The notes under the pieces: generated by a model
Database searches by the model: none
Told to the model about the DNA's origin: nothing
Seen by the model: the letters and a program-made list of their open reading frames with translations, nothing else
In this document: one piece after another, positions 10,046 through 18,580 of the stretch
How positions within the stretch are numbered: the first letter of the stretch is position 1
Layout of the letters: each line of letters begins with the position of its first letter
Translations under genes and position numbers: made by a program
Origin: Chthoniobacterales bacterium
Lineage (GTDB): Bacteria; Verrucomicrobiota; Verrucomicrobiia; Chthoniobacterales; JAATET01
Length of the DNA stretch: 64,000 nt
Reading direction: 5' to 3'
Assembly: GCA_015655545.1 (NCBI GenBank)
Contig: JAATET010000071.1
Coordinates: 2,526-66,525 of the forward strand

Positions 10046-10818
10046 GATTTTGGAATCCATTCCGGAAACCACAGGATGATCACCAGCGGAGCCAGGTTGA
10101 AGAGCATGTGCATGACGATCGGTGTCCAGAGCGACCCGGTGATTTCGTAGGCCAGGGTGAATCCGATCGCGAGAATGACGAGCGCGGGCATGGCGGGAAG
10201 ATTGTGATGCACGGCGGCGAAGAGCAGCGCGCTGGTGAACATGGCCGCCACCCGGCCGCCGTATTTTTTGGTCACCCCGTAGAGGTAGCCCCGGAAAACC
10301 AATTCCTCGGTGAGCGGCGCCACGACCACGGCGAGGACGACCGTCCAGGCGGTGTCCGAGGCGGAGAGTCGTCCGCGCAGGAACTGCACCATTTCATCGC
10401 CATCGCTCGCCGAGTATCCGAAATGCGACACGATTTGCTCCGTCAGCTGCACCAGCGGATAAGTCAGAACAATGCCGACGAAGCCAAGGGCGAGGGCGCG
10501 CCACGGCTGCGCGGGCGCGAGGCCGAATGCCCGTTGCGGAGTTTGCCCGCGCGCAAAGACGAGCGCGGAAAAAAGGGCGAAAATGATCAAGTAAGCCAGG
10601 ATTCCGCCCCGGATATCTTCCTGCGTGATGGCGATCCTTTTTCCGTCGTCCGCAAAAATTCCGAAGATGAAATACAAGGCCAATGCGGCCGCAAAAATCG
10701 CATCGCCCACGTGCCATTCCCCGGCCGGAGCCTGCCCGCCGGGGAAGCGCGGCGTTCGGCGCAGCAGCCACCACCAGCCGGCGAGGCCGGCGATGCACCA
10801 GGCGATTAGAACGAACAC
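10042..10818 (-). CDS. CPBP-family intramembrane metalloprotease (CAAX protease-like)
   Basis: Multi-TM protein with 'PLTEELVFRGYLYG' (EExxxR) and 'FAAVH' motifs. Confidence 0.75.
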   Translation of the reverse strand: MFVLIAWCIAGLAGWWWLLRRTPRFPGGQAPAGEWHVGDAIFAAALALYFIFGIFADDGKRIAITQEDIRGGILAYLIIFALFSALVFARGQTPQRAFGLAPAQPWRALALGFVGIVLTYPLVQLTEQIVSHFGYSASDGDEMVQFLRGRLSASDTAWTVVLAVVVAPLTEELVFRGYLYGVTKKYGGRVAAMFTSALLFAAVHHNLPAMPALVILAIGFTLAYEITGSLWTPIVMHMLFNLAPLVIILWFPEWIPKS

Positions 10819-10821
10819 ACG

Positions 10822-11823
10822 CTAGGGGGCGAAAAACGGAGGCAGCAGATAAAGGCGGCCGGGTTTAAGCTGCGGCATTTGCTGCAGGAGGTCGATTTGC
10901 ACGTTGGCTTTCGCCTGCGACGACTGGCCGAGGAACTGGAAAAAATTCGAAAACGTGAACGACCGCTTGTAGAGCACGACCGCGGCGCGCGGAGCATCGC
11001 CGAGTTTGCGGGCCTTGGCATAGGCATCCTCGACGTAGCCGAGCTGGTCGACCAGTTTCGCCTGCAACGCATCCGTGCCGCTCAGGATGCGCCCGTCGGC
11101 CACGCCGTCGCGCAACGCCGCCTCATCGAGCTTGCGCGCCTTCGCCACGATGCCGACGAAGCGGCCGTAGCTCTGCATCACGAGACCCTCGACATAGGCT
11201 TGCTCCTCGGGCGTCATCTCGCGCGCGCCGTTGAGCAGATCCTTGAACTTCCCGCTTTTGAAGACGACGGACTGCAAGCCGATTTTCCCGAAAAGCTCGC
11301 GGTAGTTCAGCGTGGAAATGATCACGCCGATGCTGCCGGTGAAGGTCGTGTCGTTGCACATCACCCAGCTCGCGCCGCACGCCGCGTAATAGGCGCCCGA
11401 CGCGCCAATGCTGTTCATGAAATACACGACCGGCTTGTGCCGCGCGAAACGCTGGATCTCGTGATAGATCGCATCCGAGGCCGTCACCTCCCCGCCTGGA
11501 GAATCCACGGTCATCACCACCGCCTTGATGGAGGGATCTTCCTCCGCTTGCCGGAATGCCGCTTTGAGATCGTCCACGAGCGATTCTCCGAGCGCACCGG
11601 CCGCGCCGAAGGAAATGATGCCTTCGAGCGGAATCACCGCGATCTTCCCGGGACCATCGCCATTCACGAGAATCTGCTCCTCGAATTTTTTGGGCCGCTC
11701 GATTTTGACGCCGTGCGAAATGGTTTTTTGGAACCCCATGCCCAGCAGCAGCGTGCCGTTCACAAAAATGCTCACGCACAACGCCAGGAAAAGCGCGACA
11801 ATCGCGCAGCCCGATTTCTTCAT
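10822..11823 (-). CDS. sppA: Signal peptide peptidase SppA (36K type)
   Basis: 'SPGGEVTASDAIYHEI' and 'GASGAYYAACGA...TFTGSIGV' are ClpP/crotonase-fold SppA motifs. The ATG at 11823 gives 'MKKSGCAIVALFLALCV' (TM anchor). An ATG at 11844 is also possible. Confidence 0.8.
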   Translation of the reverse strand: MKKSGCAIVALFLALCVSIFVNGTLLLGMGFQKTISHGVKIERPKKFEEQILVNGDGPGKIAVIPLEGIISFGAAGALGESLVDDLKAAFRQAEEDPSIKAVVMTVDSPGGEVTASDAIYHEIQRFARHKPVVYFMNSIGASGAYYAACGASWVMCNDTTFTGSIGVIISTLNYRELFGKIGLQSVVFKSGKFKDLLNGAREMTPEEQAYVEGLVMQSYGRFVGIVAKARKLDEAALRDGVADGRILSGTDALQAKLVDQLGYVEDAYAKARKLGDAPRAAVVLYKRSFTFSNFFQFLGQSSQAKANVQIDLLQQMPQLKPGRLYLLPPFFAP

Positions 11824-11910
11824 AGAAAGCAAACGCTGCCGCATTTGGAGGCCCGCCACAAGGCGGGATTGCCGGGAGGAACGACCCCGCAGCCTTGCGA
11901 TGTGCACGGC

Positions 11911-11980
11911 CTGTGAATAACCTGCGAGCAATTCCGCGCGCTCTCTGAAAATTGTTCACAGGAGAGCTGCGAATAACCTG
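11911..11980. repeat. Two copies of a 14-nt direct repeat, CTG(T/C)GAATAACCTG, 56 nt apart in the sppA/rsmA divergent intergenic region
   Basis: 'ctgtgaataacctg' at 11911-11924 and 'ctgcgaataacctg' at 11967-11980, read directly from the sequence. Confidence 0.5.
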
Positions 11981-12001
11981 GAAATCGCGAACCGCAACTC
12001 A

Positions 12002-13363
12002 ATGACCATCACCGAGATAAAGCATGCCGCAGCCACGATCGGCATGACGCCTTCGCGGTCGCTCGGGCAGAATTTTCTCTTTGATCAAAACCTGGCGCGC
12101 TGGATCGTCGCCCAGCTCGACATCCAGCCCGGCGATCACGTCGTCGAGATCGGTCCGGGATTCGGCTCGCTGACGGAGTTCCTCGTCCTCGCCGCGCAGC
12201 TCCGCGGCGACCTCGCCAACGGCGTGACCGTCACGCTGATCGAGAAGGACGACCGTCTCATCGAGCACCTGCGCGCCCGCTTCGCGAGCGCGACCGTCGA
12301 GATCGTGCACGGCGACGCCATCGAATTCGACACGCGCCGGCTGCTCGGCCGCGGCCCGCTCAAAATCGTCGGCAACCTTCCCTACTACGTCTCCACGCCG
12401 ATCATCGGCCGCTTTGCCGATCCCGTCCTCGCGCCCGCGAAAATGGTCTTCACGCTCCAACGCGAACTCGCCGAGCGGCTCAACGCGAAACCGCGCACGA
12501 AGGAATTCGGCGCCATGACGATTTGTCTCGCACGGCGATGGATCGTGCAATACCTGCGCACGCTTCCGGCGAGCGTGTTTTACCCCGCGCCGAAAGTGGA
12601 ATCCGCCGTCGTGCTGCTCGAGCCGCGCCCGCGCGTGGAAACGCCCCCCTGCGACGACGCGTTGTTCGACCGGCTGGTGCGAGGCGGCTTTTCCGAGCGC
12701 CGCAAGCAGCTCCGCAAAAATCTCGAACGCGTCGAGCCCGGTCCCGACTGGCCCGGGCACCTGCGCACGCTAGGCCTCGCGGAAACCGTCCGCGCCGAGG
12801 AGCTCGATCTCGCGCAATGGACGCAGCTCACGCGCTCGATCGACACTTCCGTGGCGCAGCACGGCGAGGAATTATTCGGCATCGTCGACGAGAACGACAC
12901 CGTGATCGGCTCCCTGCCGCGCGACGAAGTTCACGCGCGCGACCTCCGCCACCGCGCGATCCACGTGCAGATCTTCAATGCCGCCGGCGAAGTCTTCCTG
13001 CAAAAGCGCTCGATCTGGAAGGATCGCAGCCCCGGCAAATGGGACAGCTCGACCGCCGGCCACGTCGATGCGGGCGAAACTTACGAGCAGGCCGCCAGGC
13101 GCGAGCTCATGGAGGAGATCGCCATCGAGATCGGCACGCTCACGCCGATATGCAAGCTCGGTTGCGGCCCGGAGACCGGCTGGGAATTCCTCCAAATTTA
13201 CCGCGCCGAGCACGAGGGGCCGTTCCGTTTTGCCGCGCTGGAAGTCGAAGGCGGCGTGTTCCTGCCCGTGCCGCAAGTCCGCGAATGGCTCGCTCGCAAC
13301 CCGCGAGATTTCACCCCGATTTTCCGAATGGCGTTTCCGCAAGTGCTGGCCGCCTTCGGCTGA
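12002..13363 (+). CDS. rsmA: Fusion protein: 16S rRNA (adenine1518/1519-N6)-dimethyltransferase RsmA/KsgA (N-terminal) + IDI-like Nudix hydrolase domain (C-terminal)
   Basis: The N-terminal ~280 aa carry 'SLGQNFLFDQNL', 'VVEIGPGFGSLT' and 'VGNLPYYVSTPI' (RsmA motifs). The C-terminal ~165 aa carry 'RHRAIHVQIFNAAGEVFLQKRS..KD..PGKWDSSTAGHVDAGETYEQAARRELMEEIAI' (Nudix box GX5EX7REUXEEXaU). It is a single uninterrupted 453-aa frame. Confidence 0.8.
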   Translation: MTITEIKHAAATIGMTPSRSLGQNFLFDQNLARWIVAQLDIQPGDHVVEIGPGFGSLTEFLVLAAQLRGDLANGVTVTLIEKDDRLIEHLRARFASATVEIVHGDAIEFDTRRLLGRGPLKIVGNLPYYVSTPIIGRFADPVLAPAKMVFTLQRELAERLNAKPRTKEFGAMTICLARRWIVQYLRTLPASVFYPAPKVESAVVLLEPRPRVETPPCDDALFDRLVRGGFSERRKQLRKNLERVEPGPDWPGHLRTLGLAETVRAEELDLAQWTQLTRSIDTSVAQHGEELFGIVDENDTVIGSLPRDEVHARDLRHRAIHVQIFNAAGEVFLQKRSIWKDRSPGKWDSSTAGHVDAGETYEQAARRELMEEIAIEIGTLTPICKLGCGPETGWEFLQIYRAEHEGPFRFAALEVEGGVFLPVPQVREWLARNPRDFTPIFRMAFPQVLAAFG

Positions 13364-13390
13364 CCACCTCCAATCCCGGCGGTGAAAAAG

Positions 13391-13427
13391 AAAACGGCGC
13401 AGGAGCATGAAGCCCCCGCGCCGTTTT
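13391..13427. terminator. Candidate bidirectional intrinsic terminator
   Basis: The inverted repeat AAAACGGCGC(17 nt)GCGCCGTTTT starts 28 nt after the rsmA::Nudix stop. A/T runs on both flanks could serve either strand. The loop is large, hence the moderate confidence. Confidence 0.45.
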
Positions 13428-13590
13428 GAGAGGAAATCGACCCGGCTATTTTTTCAACGTGACCGTGACCTATCGCGTTGGCACAAAAGGCGCCTTCAAA
13501 CCTGCGCTTGGCACCACGTCGTGGAGCATCAACGCCAAGTTCAAGCCTGGCAAGAATGTGATCGCCATTCGGGTCACAGCAGAGGAAATG

Positions 13591-14625
13591 TCATTTTTTA
13601 TCCACATCGAGCGCGGCCTTCACCGCTTCCTCGATCTCCGCGAATAGCGCCGTGTCGTTTTTCAGGACTTCCTTGGCGGCGTCGCGGCCCTGCGCGAGCT
13701 GCGTGCCTTTGTAGCTGAGCCAGGAGCCGCGTTTTTCGAGCACGTTCTTCTCGATCGCGAGGTCGAGCAGCGATCCGGTGTGGGAAATGCCTTCGTTATA
13801 CATGATGTCGAATTCCGCTTCCGTGAACGGCGCCGCGACTTTGTTCTTCACCAGCTTCACGCGCGTGCGGTTTCCGGTGACCACACCGTCGCCGGTCTTG
13901 ATCGCGCCGATGCGGCGAATGTCCACGCGCACGCTGGAATAGAATTTCAGCGCCTTGCCGCCGGGCGTCGTCTCGGGATTGCCGAACATCACGCCGATTT
14001 TTTCGCGGATCTGGTTCGTGAAAATGACGACCGTGTTCGCCTTGGAAATGAAGGCGGTGAGCTTGCGGAGCGCGTTGCTCATGAGGCGCGCCTGCGCGCC
14101 GACGACCGCGTCGCCGATCTCGCCTTCGAGCTCGGATTTCGTCACCAGTGCCGCGACGGAATCCAGAACGATCACGTCGAGCGCGTTCGAACGGACGAGC
14201 GTCTCGCAGATGCGCAGCGCTTCCTCGCCGGAGTTCGGCTGGGAGACGAGCAGATCGTCGAGATTCACGCCGAGCTTCTTCGCGTAGCCGGGATCCATCG
14301 CATGCTCCACGTCGATGAAGCCGGCCAGCCCGCCGCGCTTCTGCGCCTGCGCGATGACGGTGAGCGTGAGCGTTGTTTTTCCCGAAGATTCCGGACCGTA
14401 GATTTCCACGATGCGGCCGCGCGGAAAACCGCCCACGCCGAGCGCGCGATCGATCAGGATATTTCCGGTCGGAATGACCTCGACCTTCGAATGCGTCGCG
14501 TCGCCGAGCCGCCGGATCGCCTCGCTGCCGTAATCTTTTTCGATCTGCTGGAGGGCGAGATCGAGGTTGCGGTTGCGGGCGGCGATCGCCTTGTCTTCGG
14601 TGGGTGCGGAATCGGTTTTGGCCAT
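13591..14625 (-). CDS. recA: Recombinase RecA
   Basis: '[19 protein letters not shown]' (Walker A), 'FIDVEHALD'-like '[18 protein letters not shown]' and '[24 protein letters not shown]'. The ATG at 14625 gives '[12 protein letters not shown]'. Confidence 0.95.
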   Translation of the reverse strand: MAKTDSAPTEDKAIAARNRNLDLALQQIEKDYGSEAIRRLGDATHSKVEVIPTGNILIDRALGVGGFPRGRIVEIYGPESSGKTTLTLTVIAQAQKRGGLAGFIDVEHAMDPGYAKKLGVNLDDLLVSQPNSGEEALRICETLVRSNALDVIVLDSVAALVTKSELEGEIGDAVVGAQARLMSNALRKLTAFISKANTVVIFTNQIREKIGVMFGNPETTPGGKALKFYSSVRVDIRRIGAIKTGDGVVTGNRTRVKLVKNKVAAPFTEAEFDIMYNEGISHTGSLLDLAIEKNVLEKRGSWLSYKGTQLAQGRDAAKEVLKNDTALFAEIEEAVKAALDVDKK

Positions 14626-14675
14626 GGTTCGGGTGCGTTGGAGCAGGACACTAATCCCGCCGATCTTCCCGCGAA

Positions 14676-15623
14676 ATGAAAAACTCCGCCGGAATCGCAC
14701 TTGCCATGCCCTTCGCGGCTTTTAACCTTCGCGTTTCGCCCATGACTGCCCAAAGGCTCACTTTTTTCATGCGCCTTGGCAGCACGTTGACGCTTTGGGC
14801 CATCATCCTGGCCTCCATCCTGTCGGGTCGCGAATGGGCTTTTTTTTGCGTGATCGCCGCCATGCCGCTCATCGCGCTGTGGGAATATTTCCGCATGCTG
14901 GACAAGGACGGCATCCCGAATTTCCAGCTCACCGCCATGATCTGCGCGTCGATTTTTCTCGGCGGCAGTTTTTACCTCTCCAGCGTCAAAGGCTCGGCGC
15001 ACGTGCTCGATTTCGAGCTGGCGACGCTCGTGCTCTTTCTCCTCGTGATGTTCGCGCGGCAAATGTTCGCCTCGATCCGCGACCGCGAACCGCTCCAGAC
15101 GCTGGCCTACACGCTTTTCGGGCTCTTCTGGATTGCGTGGATGTTCAGCTTCGTCACGAAAATCCTCTTCCTGCCGCCGCGCTCGCCGCTCGGTGATGCC
15201 ACGGGCCAGTTTTACGTGCTCTTTCTCGTCGCGGTGACGAAATTCAGTGACATGGGCGCGTATGTTTTCGGCAGCCTGTTCGGCAAACATCCGTTCGTCC
15301 CGCACATCAGCCCGAAGAAAACGTGGGAGGGGTTCGCCGGCGCGCTCTTCGCGTCGCTGGTCGCGGCGTTCGGCTTGCACGCGCTCATTCCCGACAAACT
15401 TTCCGCTTTTGGAAATCTCGATCTTGCCATTCTCGGCCTCGTGCTGGGCTTCGCCGCGGTGATCGGCGACCTCGCGGAATCCATCGTGAAACGCAGCACG
15501 CAGATCAAGGATTCCGGCGGCGTGCTTCCGGGCATCGGCGGCACGCTCGATCTGATCGACAGCCTCCTTTTCACGGCGCCCTTGCTCTATTTTTACATGC
15601 GGTTCGTCCTCGGCATTCCATGA
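14676..15623 (+). CDS. cdsA: Phosphatidate cytidylyltransferase
   Basis: Multi-TM protein with '[15 protein letters not shown]....ISPKKTWEG' and '[30 protein letters not shown]'. The start is uncertain (ATG 14676 or 14742). Confidence 0.85.
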   Translation: MKNSAGIALAMPFAAFNLRVSPMTAQRLTFFMRLGSTLTLWAIILASILSGREWAFFCVIAAMPLIALWEYFRMLDKDGIPNFQLTAMICASIFLGGSFYLSSVKGSAHVLDFELATLVLFLLVMFARQMFASIRDREPLQTLAYTLFGLFWIAWMFSFVTKILFLPPRSPLGDATGQFYVLFLVAVTKFSDMGAYVFGSLFGKHPFVPHISPKKTWEGFAGALFASLVAAFGLHALIPDKLSAFGNLDLAILGLVLGFAAVIGDLAESIVKRSTQIKDSGGVLPGIGGTLDLIDSLLFTAPLLYFYMRFVLGIP

Positions 15624-16723
15624 GAGCCAGGCGGGTCGTCATTCTCGGCGCCACCGGCTCGATCGGCCGCAGCGCGCGGCAGGTCGCTCGCAATCTTCCC
15701 GACCACATGGAGATCGTCGGCATGTCGGCCCACACCAATGTCGCCGAGCTCACGGAAGCCGGCGCGGAATTTCCCAACGCACGCATCGTGCAATCGAACG
15801 GACCGGACGGCGCGGAGAAATTGATCGAGCTGGCCACCATGCCCGGCGCCGATCTCGTGCTCGTCGCCATCGTCGGCACCGCCGGCCTCGCGCCCGCCCT
15901 CGCCGCCATCGAGGCGGGAAAAGATCTGGCCGTCGCGAGCAAGGAAATCCTCGTGCTGGCCGGCGAAATCGTGATGGCCGCCGCCCGCCGAAAAGGCGTG
16001 CGCGTGCTGCCGATCGACAGCGAGCACAATGCCATTTTCCAATGTCTCGAAGGGCGACCGCCGGAACACGTGCGAAAGCTCATCCTCACTTGCTCGGGCG
16101 GACCGTTTCGCACACTGCCAGCCGACGAACTCGAGCACGCCACTCCGGAAATGGCGCTCAAGCACCCGACCTGGAGCATGGGCCGCAAGATCACCATCGA
16201 CTCCGCCACGCTCTTCAACAAGGCGCTCGAGATGATCGAGGCGCGGTGGCTCTTCGATGTCGGCATGGACCGCATCGACGTGATCATCCATCCGCAGAGC
16301 ATCGTCCACTCGATAGTCGAATTCATGGACCGCTCGCAGCTCGCCCAGCTCAGCCGCTCGGACATGTGCTTTCCGATTCAATACGCGGTCACCTATCCCG
16401 ACCGCGTCGCCGGCGCGCTCGCCCCGCTCGACCTCGCCGCACTCGGGCGGCTGGAGTTCGAGGCGCCGCGGGAGGACGTTTTCCCGGCCTTGAAACTCGC
16501 GCGACAGGCCGGGACCGCCGGGGGAGCCATGCCCGCCGTGCTGAACGCCGCCAACGAAGTCGCCGTCGAGGCTTTCCTCGCGGGCGGCATCCCGTTTCCG
16601 AAAATTTGGGAGCTCGTTGAAAGAGCCATGGAAGCGCACGCACCGGACGGCAGCACCGACCTCGCCGGATTGCTCGCAGCGGATCGCCAGGCGCGGGAAT
16701 TCACGCTCGCGCAACTGCCCTGA
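15620..16723 (+). CDS. dxr: 1-deoxy-D-xylulose-5-phosphate reductoisomerase
   Basis: The ATG at 15620 (ATGA overlap with the cdsA stop) gives '[19 protein letters not shown]'. Also 'LPIDSEHNAIFQCL', 'LTCSGGPFR' and 'HPTWSMGRKITIDSATLFNKALE'. Confidence 0.9.
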   Translation: MRARRVVILGATGSIGRSARQVARNLPDHMEIVGMSAHTNVAELTEAGAEFPNARIVQSNGPDGAEKLIELATMPGADLVLVAIVGTAGLAPALAAIEAGKDLAVASKEILVLAGEIVMAAARRKGVRVLPIDSEHNAIFQCLEGRPPEHVRKLILTCSGGPFRTLPADELEHATPEMALKHPTWSMGRKITIDSATLFNKALEMIEARWLFDVGMDRIDVIIHPQSIVHSIVEFMDRSQLAQLSRSDMCFPIQYAVTYPDRVAGALAPLDLAALGRLEFEAPREDVFPALKLARQAGTAGGAMPAVLNAANEVAVEAFLAGGIPFPKIWELVERAMEAHAPDGSTDLAGLLAADRQAREFTLAQLP

Positions 16724-16762
16724 AAAAAAGAAAAGCTTCTCTGTGTGTTTCCGTGCAGCCGC

Positions 16763-17947
16763 CTAGCGGTAGAAACTGCGGATCACCTCTACGACTTCGG
16801 CCTGCTCTTCCTCGCGCAATTCCGGGAAAATCGGAAGCGCCAGGGTCTCGGCCGCCGCGCGTTCGGATTCCGGGAAATCGCCGGACTTGTAACCGAGGTA
16901 TGCGAAACATTCCTGCAGATGCAGCGGCACGGGATAATAGACGCCGTGGCCGATCGCGTGCTTCGCGAGATGCGCGAGCAATTCGTCGCGGCGTCGCGCG
17001 CGCAGCACGTATTGGTGGAAGATGTGATGCTCGGCCACCCGGCCCGCGAAGGGCGTGGCGGGCAGGGTGAGAAACTCGAGCAGCCCCGCGGCCTCGAAGG
17101 CGGCGGCGTATTTTTCGGCGTTCGCGCGGCGGGCGGCATTCCACGTGCCGACGTGCGGAAGCTTGACCTGCAGGATCGCGGCCTGAAGCGCGTCGATGCG
17201 GAAATTTCCACCGACCTGATGGTGATAGTAACGCTGCTCCATGCCGTGATTGCGCATGAGCCGCAGGGCATTCGCATCCACGGCGGCGCGGCAGGTCGCG
17301 AGGCCGGCGTCGCCAAACGCGCCGAGATTTTTCGCGGGGAAAAAACTGAAATACGCGGACTCGCCGATCGCGCCGGCCTGCACGGTGCCCTCGCGCGACG
17401 GGTATTCCGCGCCGATGGCCTGCGCGGCGTCCTCGATGACGGCCAGTCCGTATTCGCTCGCGAGATCGCGGATCGCATCCATCTCGCAGCACAGGCCGAA
17501 AAGATGCACCGGCGTGATCGCGCGCACGCGATTTCCTTTTGCCGAACGCAGCACGCCATCCGCATCGCGCCGGCACCGCTCGCGCAGGCATTCCGCCAGC
17601 CGCTCAGGATCGAGGTTCAGCGAGACGGGATCGATATCGACGAAAATCGTCTCGGCCCCGACGCGGTGAATACAGCCGGCCGTGGCGAAAAATGTGTAAG
17701 GCGTCGTGATGACCGCGTCACCCGCGCCGATGCCGAGCGCCATGAGGATCGCGAGCTGCGCGTCGGTGCCCGACGACATGCCGACCGCGTGGCCGCAGCC
17801 GATTGCCGCGACGATGGCGGCCTCGAATTCCTCGACCTTGCGGCCGAGAATGAATTGCTGCGAAGTCACGACCTCGTCGATCTCGCGAACGACTTCGTCG
17901 CGGATCTGCGCGTATTGACGCGTCAGGTCGAGAAGCGGAACGGCCAC
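16763..17947 (-). CDS. DegT/DnrJ/EryC1/StrS-family PLP-dependent sugar aminotransferase
   Basis: 'LLDLTRQYAQIRDEV', 'SGTDAQLAILMALGIGAGDAVITTPYTFFAT' and 'SFFPAKNLGAFGDAG' (Lys-containing PLP site). Confidence 0.85.
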   Translation of the reverse strand: MAVPLLDLTRQYAQIRDEVVREIDEVVTSQQFILGRKVEEFEAAIVAAIGCGHAVGMSSGTDAQLAILMALGIGAGDAVITTPYTFFATAGCIHRVGAETIFVDIDPVSLNLDPERLAECLRERCRRDADGVLRSAKGNRVRAITPVHLFGLCCEMDAIRDLASEYGLAVIEDAAQAIGAEYPSREGTVQAGAIGESAYFSFFPAKNLGAFGDAGLATCRAAVDANALRLMRNHGMEQRYYHHQVGGNFRIDALQAAILQVKLPHVGTWNAARRANAEKYAAAFEAAGLLEFLTLPATPFAGRVAEHHIFHQYVLRARRRDELLAHLAKHAIGHGVYYPVPLHLQECFAYLGYKSGDFPESERAAAETLALPIFPELREEEQAEVVEVIRSFYR

Positions 17948-17969
17948 GAAAAGAGCGCCGTAAACCCGG

Positions 17970-18464
17970 TTACTTGATCACGCCGAATTCGGCGCGGCGG
18001 TTCTTGGCGTCGTCATTCGGTGAGGCCGGCATTTCCTCGCCGAAGCTCACGGTCTGCACGCGACCGCCGCTCACGCCCATGCCGATGAGCGACTCGCGCA
18101 CGGCCTGCGCGCGGCGCTCGCCGAGACCGCGATTGTATTCCTCGGTGCCGGCGGCGTCGGTGAAACCCACGATAATGATGTCGTTCTTCATGCCCTTCAT
18201 CGCGCCGGCCACGGCATCGAGCTTTGCGAGCTCGGCGTCGGAAACGGTGAAGCTGTCGTAGCTGAAGTAAACGGGCTGGAACTGGCCGCTGTTCACGGTG
18301 CCGCCGAAGAAATTCGAACCTTCCACACGGTCGGGCAGCGGCGTGCCGGTCACATAATCGCCATCCACGCCGCCTTCATCGGCGCTCTTCTTCTTGAACA
18401 AGGCGCAGGAAGAAAGGGAGATCGTCGCGCAAAGAGCGATGGCGAGAAGGAACGGTTTCGTCAT
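17970..18464 (-). CDS. pal: Peptidoglycan-associated lipoprotein (OmpA-family C-terminal domain)
   Basis: Lipobox 'LSSC' in 'MTKPFLLAIALCATISLSSC'. OmpA-like 'GFTDAAGTEEYNRGLGERRAQAV...NRRAEF'. It lies immediately downstream of tolB. Confidence 0.8.
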   Translation of the reverse strand: MTKPFLLAIALCATISLSSCALFKKKSADEGGVDGDYVTGTPLPDRVEGSNFFGGTVNSGQFQPVYFSYDSFTVSDAELAKLDAVAGAMKGMKNDIIIVGFTDAAGTEEYNRGLGERRAQAVRESLIGMGVSGGRVQTVSFGEEMPASPNDDAKNRRAEFGVIK

Positions 18465-18492
18465 GCGCGTATTAAAAACGGGGAATCGAATA

Positions 18493-18516
18493 AGGAAATC
18501 AGGAAATCAGGAAATT
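18493..18516. repeat. Tandem 8-mer (AGGAAATC x2 + AGGAAATT) in the tolB-pal intergenic spacer
   Basis: Read directly: 'aggaaatcaggaaatcaggaaatt' at 18493-18516. Confidence 0.6.
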
Positions 18517-18580
18517 TTTCCACTCCCGGCTTCGCCGACCCGCGGAGCCGTGTTCCTGTTTTCTCGTTCAATCACCTATC

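Noticed and set aside
13426-13647. A 73-aa ORF in the rsmA-recA spacer as a small protein gene.
   Set aside because: Its 3' part overlaps the recA coding end on the opposite strand. It has no recognisable motif, signal or coupling, and the start context is unremarkable.
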